DNA from: Vicugna vicugna
Lineage: Eukaryota
NCBI GenBank assembly: GCA_013265495.1
Contig: MU061579.1
Coordinates: 4,178,327-4,242,326, forward strand
Length of the DNA: 64,000 nt
Reading direction: 5' to 3'
Shown piece by piece: positions 13,760 through 25,400 of the stretch. The position numbers were made by a program, and so were the translations under genes. The notes beneath the pieces were generated by a model. The model saw nothing but the letters and a program-made list of their open reading frames with translations. It made no database searches and was not told the DNA's origin. The first letter of the stretch is position 1, and the number at the start of each line of letters is the position of its first letter.

Positions 13760-14770
13760 AATATATCTAAAACTGATCTCATTGCTATATTCCCTATGAC
13801 ACAAACAGACACACATATTCAAAACTAAAAATTGAAAAAAAATACATCATCTTAAACTCATTTATTTCTGGTGTTAGTTAATGCCTTCAACTCAGTTTTG
13901 CAATTTAGAATCTATGGAGTAACACTTCCTTGTAACTGAAATCCATCTCTACCAAAATTTTCAGGCAATTAATTATACCTCAAAATTATTTCTGAAATCT
14001 GACTTCTCCTTTCTATTTCCATCAGAATGGAAGTGAGTTTAGGTTAGTACTTAATTTTTTGCCCTACACTCAGGCATTCTTCTCAATCTCTTTTTAGTCT
14101 AGCTCATATTCCACATTGTCTGTGTAATTAATCTTCATAAAACTCTGCTGGTAGCCCCATTTCCTTATTAATTATATTAGTTTACTAGGCCTGCCATAAC
14201 ACAATTACCACAGCTGGGTAGATGAAACCACAGAAATTCATTTTCTCATGGTTCCAGAGGGTAGAAGTCCAAGATCAAATTGTCAGCAGGCTTGTTTTTT
14301 CCCTAAGGCACTCTAGTTAGTTTAAAGATGGCTGACTTCTAAATGTGTCCTCACATGATCATCCCTTGATCTGTGTGTTGTCTATGTCCTAATCTCCTCT
14401 ATTTATAAGAACATCAGTCATATTGGATTACAGCCCACCTGTATGACTTTGTTTCACCTTATTACCTCTTTAAAGTCTCTATCTCCAAATAACGTCACAT
14501 TGTGAGCTACTGTGAATCAGGACTTCAACATAGGAATTTGGAGGAGATATGATTCAGCTCATAACAATGGCAGATCTTTTCCCATGTACATGAGAGCTTT
14601 CCAGTCTGCTCCTAAAATATCTCTTTATTCTTTGTCTTTGACTATCCACGCTACTCCATTTATCTACATCTGTTCAAAGTGAAATCCTTTCTACCTGGAC
14701 TACCCTTATCACATCTCCACCTGAAAAACATCTACTCTTTCTTCAAATACTGTTTCAGTATTTCTCAATG
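13760..14770 (+). mobile_element. Degraded L2 fragment split by an MLT1 LTR
   Basis: L2-like tctaaaactgatctcatt..., acctcaaaattatttctgaaatctgacttctcctttctatttccatc..., resuming after 14566 (tctccacctgaaaaacatctactctttcttcaaatac). Confidence 0.55.
14173..14566 (-). mobile_element. MLT1 (ERVL-MaLR) solo LTR
   Basis: tattagtttactaggcctgccataacacaattaccacagctggg...gaagtccaagatcaa...ggacttcaacataggaatttgg...ttcagctcataaca matches recalled MLT1A-C type in reverse. Confidence 0.85.
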
Positions 14771-15819
14771 TTTCTGAAATATTAACACCCAAGTAATAAC
14801 ATAATCCTTTTTAGTAATGCATTTATTTATGTGAAGAATTAAGTGTGAAGTCAAAGGTCATTAAAGTGTTCAAAGCTGGTCTCATTTCTGTATTCATTTT
14901 ATATCCCTTTTTTTGTACTCCTCTATTGTCTCACTTTTGTTTTATGCTATTCTGTTATAAGTATCCTTCTAAATTGAATTAGATACTCATTTGAACAAGA
15001 TGGGGTATAAAGATATTGCTACATATTAAGTACCTATTCAAACATTATGTTTATTGCTGCAAATGCAATGATGAATAGCCTGATCCCGACTCTCAAGGAG
15101 TTTATACTTGCAATAAAACAATTGTACATACCTTTATTATAGAATCTGCCATGTTGCATTTTAATTAGCTATACACATTAATGTCTCTTTCGCTAGACAA
15201 TAATCGCGAATATCAGGAACCTTTATTATCCATCTGTTCCTCCGCAGGGCCTAGCAGAATGCCTAGAATAATAAATATTTGTTTAAAAAAACAAAGAAAA
15301 CGTGGTGAAAATAAGATATAATCGCTTCTTCCTCAGAAAATTCCAGCCAAATAATTGACATATTTAAGTAATGACTTCTGTGGATCAGAATAAGAGCATT
15401 TAATTAATCTGGCGTATTTTTAAAGTAGGGACTCTCAGCTCCTCTGATCAGTAGCTATTTATGTCTGATAGCAAGCTCTACTTTTTTAAAGTATTGAAAT
15501 CTTTCCTTCACCTCTGTGAAGTTTAAAGAAAAGGAAGCTTTCAGATGTAAGCCATTCTACCACAGGTAGTCTCATTCAAAAGGTCACTCTACCCCTTGTA
15601 TACAATAAGTAATTGGATGAAGCATTTCAGTGAATGGTCAGTACTTAATCACTGTCATTTGGTCTCACAATATGTCAATTTATCTTGCTCATTCAATTTC
15701 ACTTTGACAAGAGATGGTATGATTATCCAAGAGCATGCCTTCTGTCATATTTCAGTAATGTTATAGCCAACAGGGATGATGGATCGTTTCCTGGTAATAT
15801 TCTTACACATTGTCAGTCC

Positions 15820-16260
15820 TCTGTGTATTAATTTAGTCTCTTCTTCTCTTCTAACTCTATATACTCTCCCTGGAATGCTCTCATCTGCTCTCCTGATTAC
15901 CAACCCCCCCACACACACAAAATAAATCTCTAAGACCATTCACTTCAGATTCTAACTTATAAAGTCAACTTTTTATTGTACATTTCTCATTGGATGTACA
16001 GCAGGTAAATATCAATGTCTCTAACATCAAGATCATCTTATTTGATTACAATAATCTACCTATATTTCTTGTCACTTGTTTCAACAAATGTTACCATTGT
16101 ATTCTGAAACTTGAACCTTGAGAGTCACTATTTATTTTCCCTTATTTTTCACCTTCATATAACACATAATCTGTTCTATTACTTATACATCCTCATATCC
16201 CTTGCATCTGACAATTTTAGTTTATTCCTGCTTCTGTAACCTGAGTCCATACACAATTAC
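15820..16260 (+). mobile_element. Degraded L2 fragment
   Basis: ctatatactctccctggaatgctctcatctgctctcctga...catttctcattggatgtac..., typical L2 wording. Confidence 0.55.
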
Positions 16261-16505
16261 AACAAGTTAAATAGCAAAGTTGGTTAGTAATTCTAAACCA
16301 ATTCTAAACTGTCGAGTCAAGAACAGGCTACCAAATTATGCTTTCCAGTTAAAGAGCATAAATGCAAACTCAAGATGAATATTGTCAATTTTAACTCTTT
16401 ATCTCATTGAAGTAAGATAATATGTTTTAAAATATTTTGATATATATTAAACTATTGGAGGATGATTTTTAAGGAAATAAAATGCCTTATCTTTCACAAT
16501 AACTA

Positions 16506-16605
16506 AATATATATATATATACACACATATATATATAGCTGTGTGCACATATAGATAGGTATATAATTTAAATGTATATAGTAATGGTATATATATAAAT
16601 ATATG
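16506..16605. repeat. (TA)n/(CA)n microsatellite and TA-rich low complexity
   Basis: atatatatatatatacacacatatatatatag... read directly. Confidence 0.9.
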
Positions 16606-17020
16606 TTTTTGTACATGTTAGTCCATACAATAATCCATCATGAACTAAAGATACACTAATTTAAGGGGTATATCAGCTGAATTGTTTTGGGCTGTCACCA
16701 ATCAAAACACCAACTTGGTCTATAGGTCTGCAAAAATTTTAACACACATTTTTTAAAAGCATACCTGACAGGCAACCAAGATGGCAGAGTAGAAGGATGC
16801 TCATAACTCACCCTCTCCCACAAATACACCAACAGTAACATCCATGGACCCACCCATCCACTCAGAACAGCTGCTAAACTTTGACAGAACATCACTTTCT
16901 TCAAAAGACAAAATTTGCCACAAATCTGTTTTATTTCTGTGTCTGCTATAAACAAACAAACAAACCCACAGTAGATAACTGATACTCCATAATCCACAGT
17001 GTCACAGAAATCTAAGTAAA

Positions 17021-17942
17021 ATGAAGAAGCAGAGGAACCACTCCCAATTAAAACAGTAAGAGAAATCCCCTGAAAGAATGATCAATGAAATAGACCTAGA
17101 CAGTCTAGTAGATCATGATTTCAAAAAAGGAGTGGTCAAAGAACTGAAGGAACTAAAAGAGATTGTGAATAGAGACAGAGAAAAAGTCAAAAAGGAAATT
17201 TAAACTATAAAGAGGAGCCAATTAAAAATAGAAAACTCATTTGTGGAGATGAGAGCTGAGCTAAAGGCTGTAAAAAACAGGCTAGATAATGCAGAGGAAC
17301 AAATAAGTTACTTAGAAGACAGGACAACAGAAATCACCCAATCGAAACACCAGAGAGAAAAAAATAAAAACCAATGAAAACAATATAAGGAACCTATGGG
17401 ATAATATAAAGTGTGCCAACCTATGCATAGTAGGGATCCCAGAAGGAGAAGAAAGAGCAAAGGGGATTGAAAAGATATTTGAAGAAATCATGACTGAAAA
17501 CTTTGCAAACCTAAAGAAGAAATCAGGTATACAAGTACAGGAAGCACAGAGGGTCCCAACCAAGAAGAACCCAAACAGACCCACACCAAGACATATTATA
17601 ATCAGGATGGCCAGGGTTGAAGATAAAGAAAAGATTCTAACGGTAGCAAGAGAAAAACAAAAAGTTAGTTACAAGGGAACCCCATAAAGCTGTCAGCTGA
17701 TTTCTCTACACAAGGACTGCAGGCCAGAAGGGAGTGGCAATATATATTCAAAGTCCTGAATGAGAAAAATAGATGAAACCTAGGATTCTTTATCCAGCAA
17801 GGCTATTCTTTAGAATAGAAGGAGAGAGATTTAAAAAAACAAAACAAACAAACAAAAAAACACCTTCACAGACAAGCAAAAACTAAAAGAATTTAGCAAC
17901 ACTTAATCTATGCTAAAAGAAATATTGAAAGTTCTACTCTAA
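17021..17942 (+). pseudogene. L1 ORF1 relic (RNA-binding protein), disrupted
   Basis: ATG at 17021 (MKKQRNHSQLKQ*). ORF 17490-17687 gives the ORF1 motifs QEAQRVP..NPNRPTPRHIII..DKEKIL..AREKQ..YKGTP. Several stops and frameshifts; TAA at 17940-17942. Confidence 0.9.
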
Positions 17943-19069
17943 GTAGAAAAGAAGCAGGATGCTACAGAAAGGAGAAAATGATTGGAAAGGCGATAACTAC
18001 AATGAATTACAGCAGAATAAACACAAAGTTGTAAAAGGAAACATTGAAATCATTAAGGGTGGGAGAGGGGAACAAGAAAATATAGAGTTTTGTCCTTTTT
18101 TTTGTCATTCTCTGTGGAATATATTTGAGCTTGTATTTCTATAAGTTTAAAACAAACATACTAATGGGTTGATATATGTACAAAACAGGGTAACCACAAG
18201 CCAAAAGCTTACAACAGAGTCACAAAAACTAAAAAGAAACCAAGATAATACAAAGGAAAACTGATCAAACAACAAAAAGAAAAAGAAAGGAACAAAGAGG
18301 AAATACTAAATCAACTGCAAAACCAAGTTCAAAATGGCAATTAACACACATCTATCAATAATTACTGTAAATGTCAATGGACTAAATGCTCCAATCAAAA
18401 GACAAAGTTGCAGACTGGATAATAAAACAAGAACCTACAATATGCTGCATATGAAAGACCCACTTTAGGGAGAAGGACACACATAGATTGAAAGTGAAAG
18501 GATGGAAAAAGATACCCCATGCAAGAGGAAATGACAAGAAAGCAGGAGTAGGAACACTGATTTCAGACAAAATAGACTTTAAAAGAAAAGCCACAAAGAA
18601 AGATAAAAAAGGACACTATGTAATGATTAAAGGAGCAGTATAAGATGAGGATATTACATTCATTAACAGATATGCACCCAATGTAGGAGCACCTAAATAC
18701 ATAAAGCAAATACTAACAGATATAAAGGGAGAAATTGATGGGAACACAATCATAGTAGGAGACTTTAACACCCCATTAACATTGCTGGACAGATCTTCCC
18801 GGGAGAACATTAATAAGGCAACAGAGAAACTAAATGATACAATAAAACTCTTGCACTTGGTTGATATTTTCAAAACATTGCATCCCCCTAAGCTGAAGGG
18901 ATAACCCTCCCAGACTTCAGACAATACTACAGAGCTATAGTAATCAAAACAGCATGGTATTGGTACAAAAACAGACATATGGATCAATGGAACAGAATAG
19001 AGACCCCAGATATAAACCCACAGACTTTTGGTCATTTAACCTTTGACAAAGGAGACAAGAACATACAAT

Positions 19070-19226
19070 AAAAGAGTCTCTTCAGCAAATGGTGTTGGGA
19101 AAACTGGACAGCAGCATTTAAATCAATGAAGTTAGACTACTCCCTCACACCATACACAAAAATAAACTCAAAATGGCTTAAAGACCTAAAAATAAGACAA
19201 GACACAATAAATCTTCTAGAAGAAAG
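19070..19226 (+). repeat. 157-bp direct repeat, copy 1 (putative giant TSD)
   Basis: aaaagagtctcttcagc...cttctagaagaaag; identical to 19338-19494 except for 2 C/T differences. Confidence 0.95.
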
Positions 19227-19337
19227 AAAAATTGTACTGAACACTGGAATTTGACACAACACTGTAAAATGATTATGAATCAATAAAAATGTAAAAAAAT
19301 AAAAAAATTAAAAAAAACACAAAAGTTTAAAAAAAAA
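19227..19337 (+). mobile_element. Severely 5'-truncated L1 3' end with poly(A) tail, nested in the host L1
   Basis: aaaattgtactgaacactggaatttgacacaacactgtaaaatgattatgaatcAATAAA + A-rich tail. Homologous to, but distinct from, the host 3' end at 20675-20720. Confidence 0.9.
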
Positions 19338-19494
19338 AAAAGAGTCTCTTCAGCAAATGGTGTTGGGAAAACTGGACAGCAGCATTTAAATCAATGAAGT
19401 TAGACTACTCCCTCATACCATACACAAAAATAAACTCAAAACGGCTTAAAGACCTAAAAATAAGACAAGACACAATAAATCTTCTAGAAGAAAG
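19338..19494 (+). repeat. 157-bp direct repeat, copy 2 (putative giant TSD)
   Basis: Offset 268 nt from copy 1; host ORF2 continues after 19494. Confidence 0.95.
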
Positions 19495-22400
19495 CATGGG
19501 CAAAACATCTCACATACATCTCAGCAATGTTCTAGAGCAGTCTACCAAAGTAATAAAAATAAAAGCAAAAATAAACAAATGAGACCTAATTATACTTACA
19601 AGCTCTTGCACAGCAAAGGAAACCATAAGCAAAACAAGATAACCTATGAAATGGGAGAAAATGTTTGCAAAAGGTGAGACTGACAAGGGCTTGATTTCTA
19701 GAATATATAAACAGTTCATATGACTTAATAAGAAAAAAAACAAACAACCCAATCCAAAAATGGGCAGAAGACCTAAACAAGCAATTCTCCAGTGAAGACA
19801 TACAAATGGCCAACAGGCATATGAAGAAACGCTCACTATCACTAATTATAAGAGAAATGGAAATCAAAACTACAAATGAGGTATCACCTCACACCAGTCA
19901 GAATGGCCATCATTCAAAAGTCTACAAATGATAAATGCTGGAGTAGATGTGGAGAAAAGGGAACCCTCTTACCCTGTTGGTGGGAATGCACTTCGGTGCA
20001 GCTATTGTGAAAACCAGTATGGAGACTCCTCAGAAAACTAAAAATAGACATATCATATGATCCAGCAATCCCACTCCTGGGCATATATACAGAAGGAACC
20101 TTAATTCAAAAAGACACCTGCACCCCCATGTTCATAGCAGCACTATTTACAGTAGCCAAGACATGGAAACAACCTAAATGTCCATCAACAGATGACTGGA
20201 TAAAGAAGATGTGGTATATTTATAGAATGAAATACTAGTCAGCTATAAAAATTGATAAAATATTGCCATTTGCAGCAACATGGATGACCCTGGAGAATGT
20301 CATTCTAAGTGATATAAGCCAGAAAGAAAAAGAAAAATACCGTATGATATTACTCATATGTGAAAACTAAAAAAAAAAAAAAAAAACAAAAAAAAATTAA
20401 AAAAAAAAAAAAAAAAAAAGCCAAATGAACTTATATATAAAACAGAAATAAACTCACAGACATAGAAAACAAACTTATGGTTACCAGGCAAGAGATTAGG
20501 AAGGGATAAATTGGAAATCACGATTTGAAGATACTGACTGGTATATATAAAATAGATAAACAGGTTTATACTGTATAGCACAGGGAACTATATTTGATAT
20601 CTTGTAATAGCTTATGGTGAAAAAGAATATGAAAACGAATAAATGTATATTCACATATGACTGAAGCATCATGCTGTACACCAGAAATTGACACAACAAT
20701 GTAAACTGACTATTCCTCAAAACAACAATAATAGCACAAAAAAAGCATACCTTAAAGAGGAATTCACAATGGTAATTACAATTTATTTATACATGAAAAA
20801 AGGAAATAATGTATTGTAAGTTGCCAGTAGCATTGCATGAAGATCCAAAACATACAGGTTTTATGAACTGGTTTGGTCCACTTCAACAAATTTCTGTACC
20901 TCCACTTAAAAATTCTGCAGCATATCTTTGAATATGACTTTCACAGTGATATGATGTTGTTCTTCAATGAACATTATACATTGTTTAATTTAAAAGATAA
21001 AGGCAAGGCATTATTCTATAAAAGACAAAGTGAAGGGATTTCAATGCAATGTCAAGTAGCCTGTGTCTAGGATATGAAGAACTTGTAGTTTGAGATTTTC
21101 TTTTTTTTCCCATGGATCCATTAATTAAAGATAATGTTTCATCTGTTATCAGAGTCACACCTGACTTTTTGAACAGTTCCATCAGTGGCACCTATAAGCC
21201 ATACTTAACATTAAATAGAAAGATAGGATCATTGATTACAAGGTCTTGGAAAGAAGCCAATCTGCAAACCCAGAGATGATTTGACAAACACAGCTGTAAC
21301 AGGCTGGACCCATGCCAGAGTTAGATAAGAGTAGAACCGTTGGGGAAATGCTGTGAGTTGAAGTGGGCAGGCTTATCAGTAAGCATTAGCATTTGCCCTC
21401 TTGTTTTAGGAAAATTTCATAATTCCCAGGTAACAGACAAAATTTTCATCCATCTGTAGTTTTCTTCAGATGGCGTTAACAAACCGGATGTTTTCAATAT
21501 TCAGATGTCTGTTGCAGACGTAGAAAATGTAGGACATTTAGCCAGAATTTCACTTTTGGAAGTTTTAGAGAAAATACCCATGCAATGTTGTGTCCTTAAC
21601 AGAGAGCTACCGTTTTAAAAATATGTACTGTTATTGTTCCTGCCATGTTTTACTAGAAACACCAATATTCAAAATAGCAACACATATTATGATATAAAAG
21701 AGAAATTAATATTTGGAATAAGCATTAAAAATTTCAACCTAAAATGTTAGTGCTGAATACATTAACTTGTTGTTTTTATTATTCTTGTTAATACCATGCA
21801 CATTTATATTGGTCTCTGCTCTCCCTTTTAGAGCAGCAAAGGTGTTTTGCCACAGCACTCATTTCCATGAAAAGGCTATCTCTTTTTGAGACAGTGGGTA
21901 CCCTAAACATACAGTTAACCACTTAAATCTCCCTGGCTCATTTAATCTTCTCTCTTCTTTTCTCTCTCTGTCCTCTCTCTCTCAGCCCAAATTCAGTGAA
22001 ATTAAATAACTTGCACAAGACCACATCATTACTCAATGGGAAAGTAAAGATCAAAACCCAGAGACTTCAAATTATGAGTGGGTTTTGATGTTTTCTCCCT
22101 TAAGCATGCAATTCCAAATCTTCTCACTCCCCTTATGTACCTGTCACATGGTTTGAATGGGACTGATGAATACAAGCTCCAGGAGTGAGCTCTTATAGCT
22201 TAGAGTTACAAGGCGCTGAGTCTGGAAAAGTTGACAGAAGTCTACATATTTCCTGCAATGGAAACTGGGCTTGCTTTTTTCCAGTGGGTGTAGGGGGGGT
22301 GGGGGGACACTTTCTAAAACATTTTAACCAGTGGAAGACCATGGTTAGGCTCTTTCTTCAGTGCAAGAATCTGATAGTGCCATGTAGGATGGACATGAAG

Positions 22401-23669
22401 GTAATCAGACTGAAAGCTGGAGTAGTAGGACATAGCTGCAGTACAAATTCAGTCCAAAGAAGATGCCGGTTTAATAAAACCTAAGAAATGAAGGAAATTG
22501 AGGATGAAAAACAAGACATGGTGATGGGATGCAGAAACTTTTAAATCAATAATATTGAGTATTGGTAATCAATAGTTATCTTGCAGTTATATTTATGACC
22601 TCAAATCTTCCAACTCATTTGTTGTCTTCCTCTGGTCTAAAACAACTCCTCATAGGCTCTGGAGGATGTTTTTGAATGGTATTCAAAATGTTGCTAGCAT
22701 GGAGAAGAATATCAAAGTTCAAAATAAACTGATATGTGTTTCTTGATTCAGTCTTTAGCAACATTTGATTTATAGATGATCTCCCTACCTTAATTCAAGG
22801 GAAGCGATCGAACTTTCTGTGTCAAACAGAATCAGGTGTATGTTCATAGCACCTGTTACATCTGACAAGTAAAAAGATGATGTTTTCAGAGTGAGGGGAG
22901 GGAAGTACAGGGGCATTGAATCCTAGGATGACCTTTGAAGCCCAGGTAAACAATATCATATAACTTATTTTTTGTATCTGATAAAGTAGAGAGATCTGCT
23001 GGAGTGACTTTGCATTATATTATAATTTATAGCTTCTCTTATAGAAGTCATTGGTTATCAGCACCCTTTGTTTTCTTCCAAGACAATTACCCATTCACTC
23101 CTCTTTTTCCCTAACATCTAGACTGCTTTATCCCACTGTACATCAGTTTGTTCTTTAAGACCAATCAGAAACTTAGTCTTCAAAATAACTGTGACTTTCA
23201 TACTTTAAAAAATCCTAATGAACTTAAACTGTCATCATAGATACATTAATTGTAACAGTCTTGCCTATATAACTTGTCCACTTTTGAATAGTGTTAGAAA
23301 ATTTTTATGTGACTTGGAAAAAGGCAAAAGACGTTACTTGGTATTTTGTCACTGCAGTCCTGGATTTAACTTTCTCTTGTCTAGGCTATTTTATAACTCT
23401 ATGGAGTGGAGATTTTTGGCTAGTACAGATACAGAGAATTCTGGTTCAGTAAAACAGACAACCTCAAAGGTTAATATTTTCTTGTCCTGTTGGATAATAA
23501 CCAGTGTTGGACAGTAACTTACTTAAAAAGAATACCCTAGCTTCTTGAATTGATTTAAGCTCTTTCTAAAACCCTTCATTAATTAAATAGTCAAATAAAA
23601 TATTATAACTTGTGTTCATATTATAGCTGCATGACCATCATGATTGTACCTTTTGAAATTACATTTTAA

Positions 23670-23987
23670 AAAGACAAACTTATTTACAAAACAGAAACAG
23701 ACTCACAGACATGGAAAACAAACTTATGTTTACCAGAGGGGGAAGAAAGGGGAGAGGATAAATTGGGAGTTTGAGATTTGCAGATACTAACTGCTATATA
23801 TAAAATAGATAAACAACAAGTTTACATTGTATAGCACAGGGAACTATACTCAATATCTTGTAGTAACTTACGGTGAGGAAGAGTATGAAAATGAATACAT
23901 ATATGTTCATGTATGATTGAGGCATTGTGCTGTACACCAGAAATTGACACAATATTGTAAACTGACTATACTTCAATAAAATTATAT
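23670..23987 (+). mobile_element. 5'-truncated L1 (3'UTR only)
   Basis: Homologous to 20420-20720. Perfect 13-bp TSD aattacattttaa at 23657-23669 and 23988-24000. Confidence 0.92.
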
Positions 23988-24619
23988 AATTACATTTTAA
24001 CAATATTAATAATTAATCTATAAACTCTATGAGAGCAAATACTGTGAAGTAGTTTCTCCTCAAATATCTTCAGTATTTGACACATGGATGCATAGTAATT
24101 AGGTGATCTATGTGTCTTTAATTAGTGAATGAATAAATACATTAAATGTAATGTAAAATTAGAGACCTATAGTTATCAGTGTGTTATAGACTGTGCCAAA
24201 TACTGTGCTCAATTCTAGGCATAACAGCACTCACTTTATGATGTAGGAAAGCTTCCAGAATTCATGTTAATATCAAGAACTCAAGCTGCTTAATCATAAC
24301 ATGAAACATGTATAGTAAGAACATAACTGCTGAGGTGTGGGTCTATCTATGAATATAAAGAGGTACAAAAAGTTCTATCTGTATTCAAACATTGAGAATC
24401 ATCTGTGGAAGAGTGAATGTTAAGTCACTTAATAAAGGAAAGATTCTGTTCTATTCAAATGCTTTGATGATATAAATATTGTGAGTATATGTATGTTTAT
24501 TGTACATAACTTTATGTGACATAGTGACATTTAGCTGTAGCAAACTAGTAATCCTAACTAGTGAAGTCAGTACAAATTTAATGACTAACCTATGCAAAAG
24601 AGAAGAAACTTGGGGGTAC

Positions 24620-25400
24620 TCACCTACATTTGAAATTCATAGAAGAGGAAATACATATGCCCAATAAACATATGAAGCTAGATACTGAACATTATTTGTG
24701 AGTAGGAAAATGCCACTGAAGACCAGTCTAAGGTTCAACTTATATTCATTTGATTGGCAATAAATAAATACATATATGCATAAATAAATAAAATATAAAT
24801 AAAATCTGATAATAATAAGTGATAGGTAATAGGTATAATAACTGATAGGTATGAGATAGGTATTCACAAGATGGGTTGGAGTAATTGCAACGATCACTTT
24901 AGAAAACTGTTTGACATTACCTGCTAAAGTTGATCATTCATAAACCTTATGATCCAGTGCTTCAATTCCAAGCAGCATAGAAAAAGAAAAGCTCTTGCAC
25001 ATGTTTGATAGGAGACATGTAAAAGGTGTTTCCAGGCAGCACTATTAATGATAGAAAAATCCTAGAATACACCAAATGCACACCTGTGGAAGAGTGGATA
25101 CGTGGACTGTGGTGTAATCACACATGGTATAGTATGTAAAACAGACAAAATAAGTGATCTACAGCAGCATGCAACAATACTGAGGGCTCTTAACAGTATA
25201 AAAATAGATTTTAAAATAATTTTTTAAAATTGTGAACCATTTACTCTAAATTTTATGTATTTTTTCAAAATATAGATGTAGCAAATCTATTAAAAAAGGA
25301 AAGCAAGACAATGGAATGGGGAGAGCATACATTCAGGCAGATTTTTGTAGGAGTGCTGGTTTCACTTGGGGTTATTTGTTCATGGGTGATGCCACTACTA
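24620..25400 (+). mobile_element. Old L1M-type 3' region (ORF2 end and 3'UTR), degraded
   Basis: ttcatagaagaggaaatacatatgcccaataaacatatgaa...aaaactgtttgacattacctgctaaagttgatcattcataaaccttatgatccag... Confidence 0.75.

Larger units (their letters stand above)
18334..20370 (+). pseudogene. L1 ORF2 relic: N-terminal EN fused to the C-terminal region, RT missing
   Basis: MAINTHLSIITVNVNGLNAPIKR at 18334; EN motifs YAPN and IIVGDFNTPL, ending ..FKTLHP at ~18889. Immediately followed by [35 protein letters not shown] and the Cys-rich C-terminus; stop at 20368-20370. Confidence 0.9.
16767..20740 (+). mobile_element. LINE-1 with intact 5' and 3' ends but internal deletions (short 5'UTR, RT domain absent)
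   Basis: 5' motif caagatggcagagtag, ORF1 relic, inter-ORF spacer, ORF2 EN start, ORF2 C-terminus, 3'UTR and A-rich tail. Perfect TSD aaaagcatacct at 16755-16766 and 20741-20752, at a tttt|aaaa EN site. Confidence 0.95.

Noticed and set aside
19070..19494. Repeat-spacer-repeat pattern as a CRISPR-like array or LTR pair
   Set aside because: Only two copies, made of L1 ORF2 sequence, with no TG..CA ends; the spacer is an L1 3' end with poly(A).
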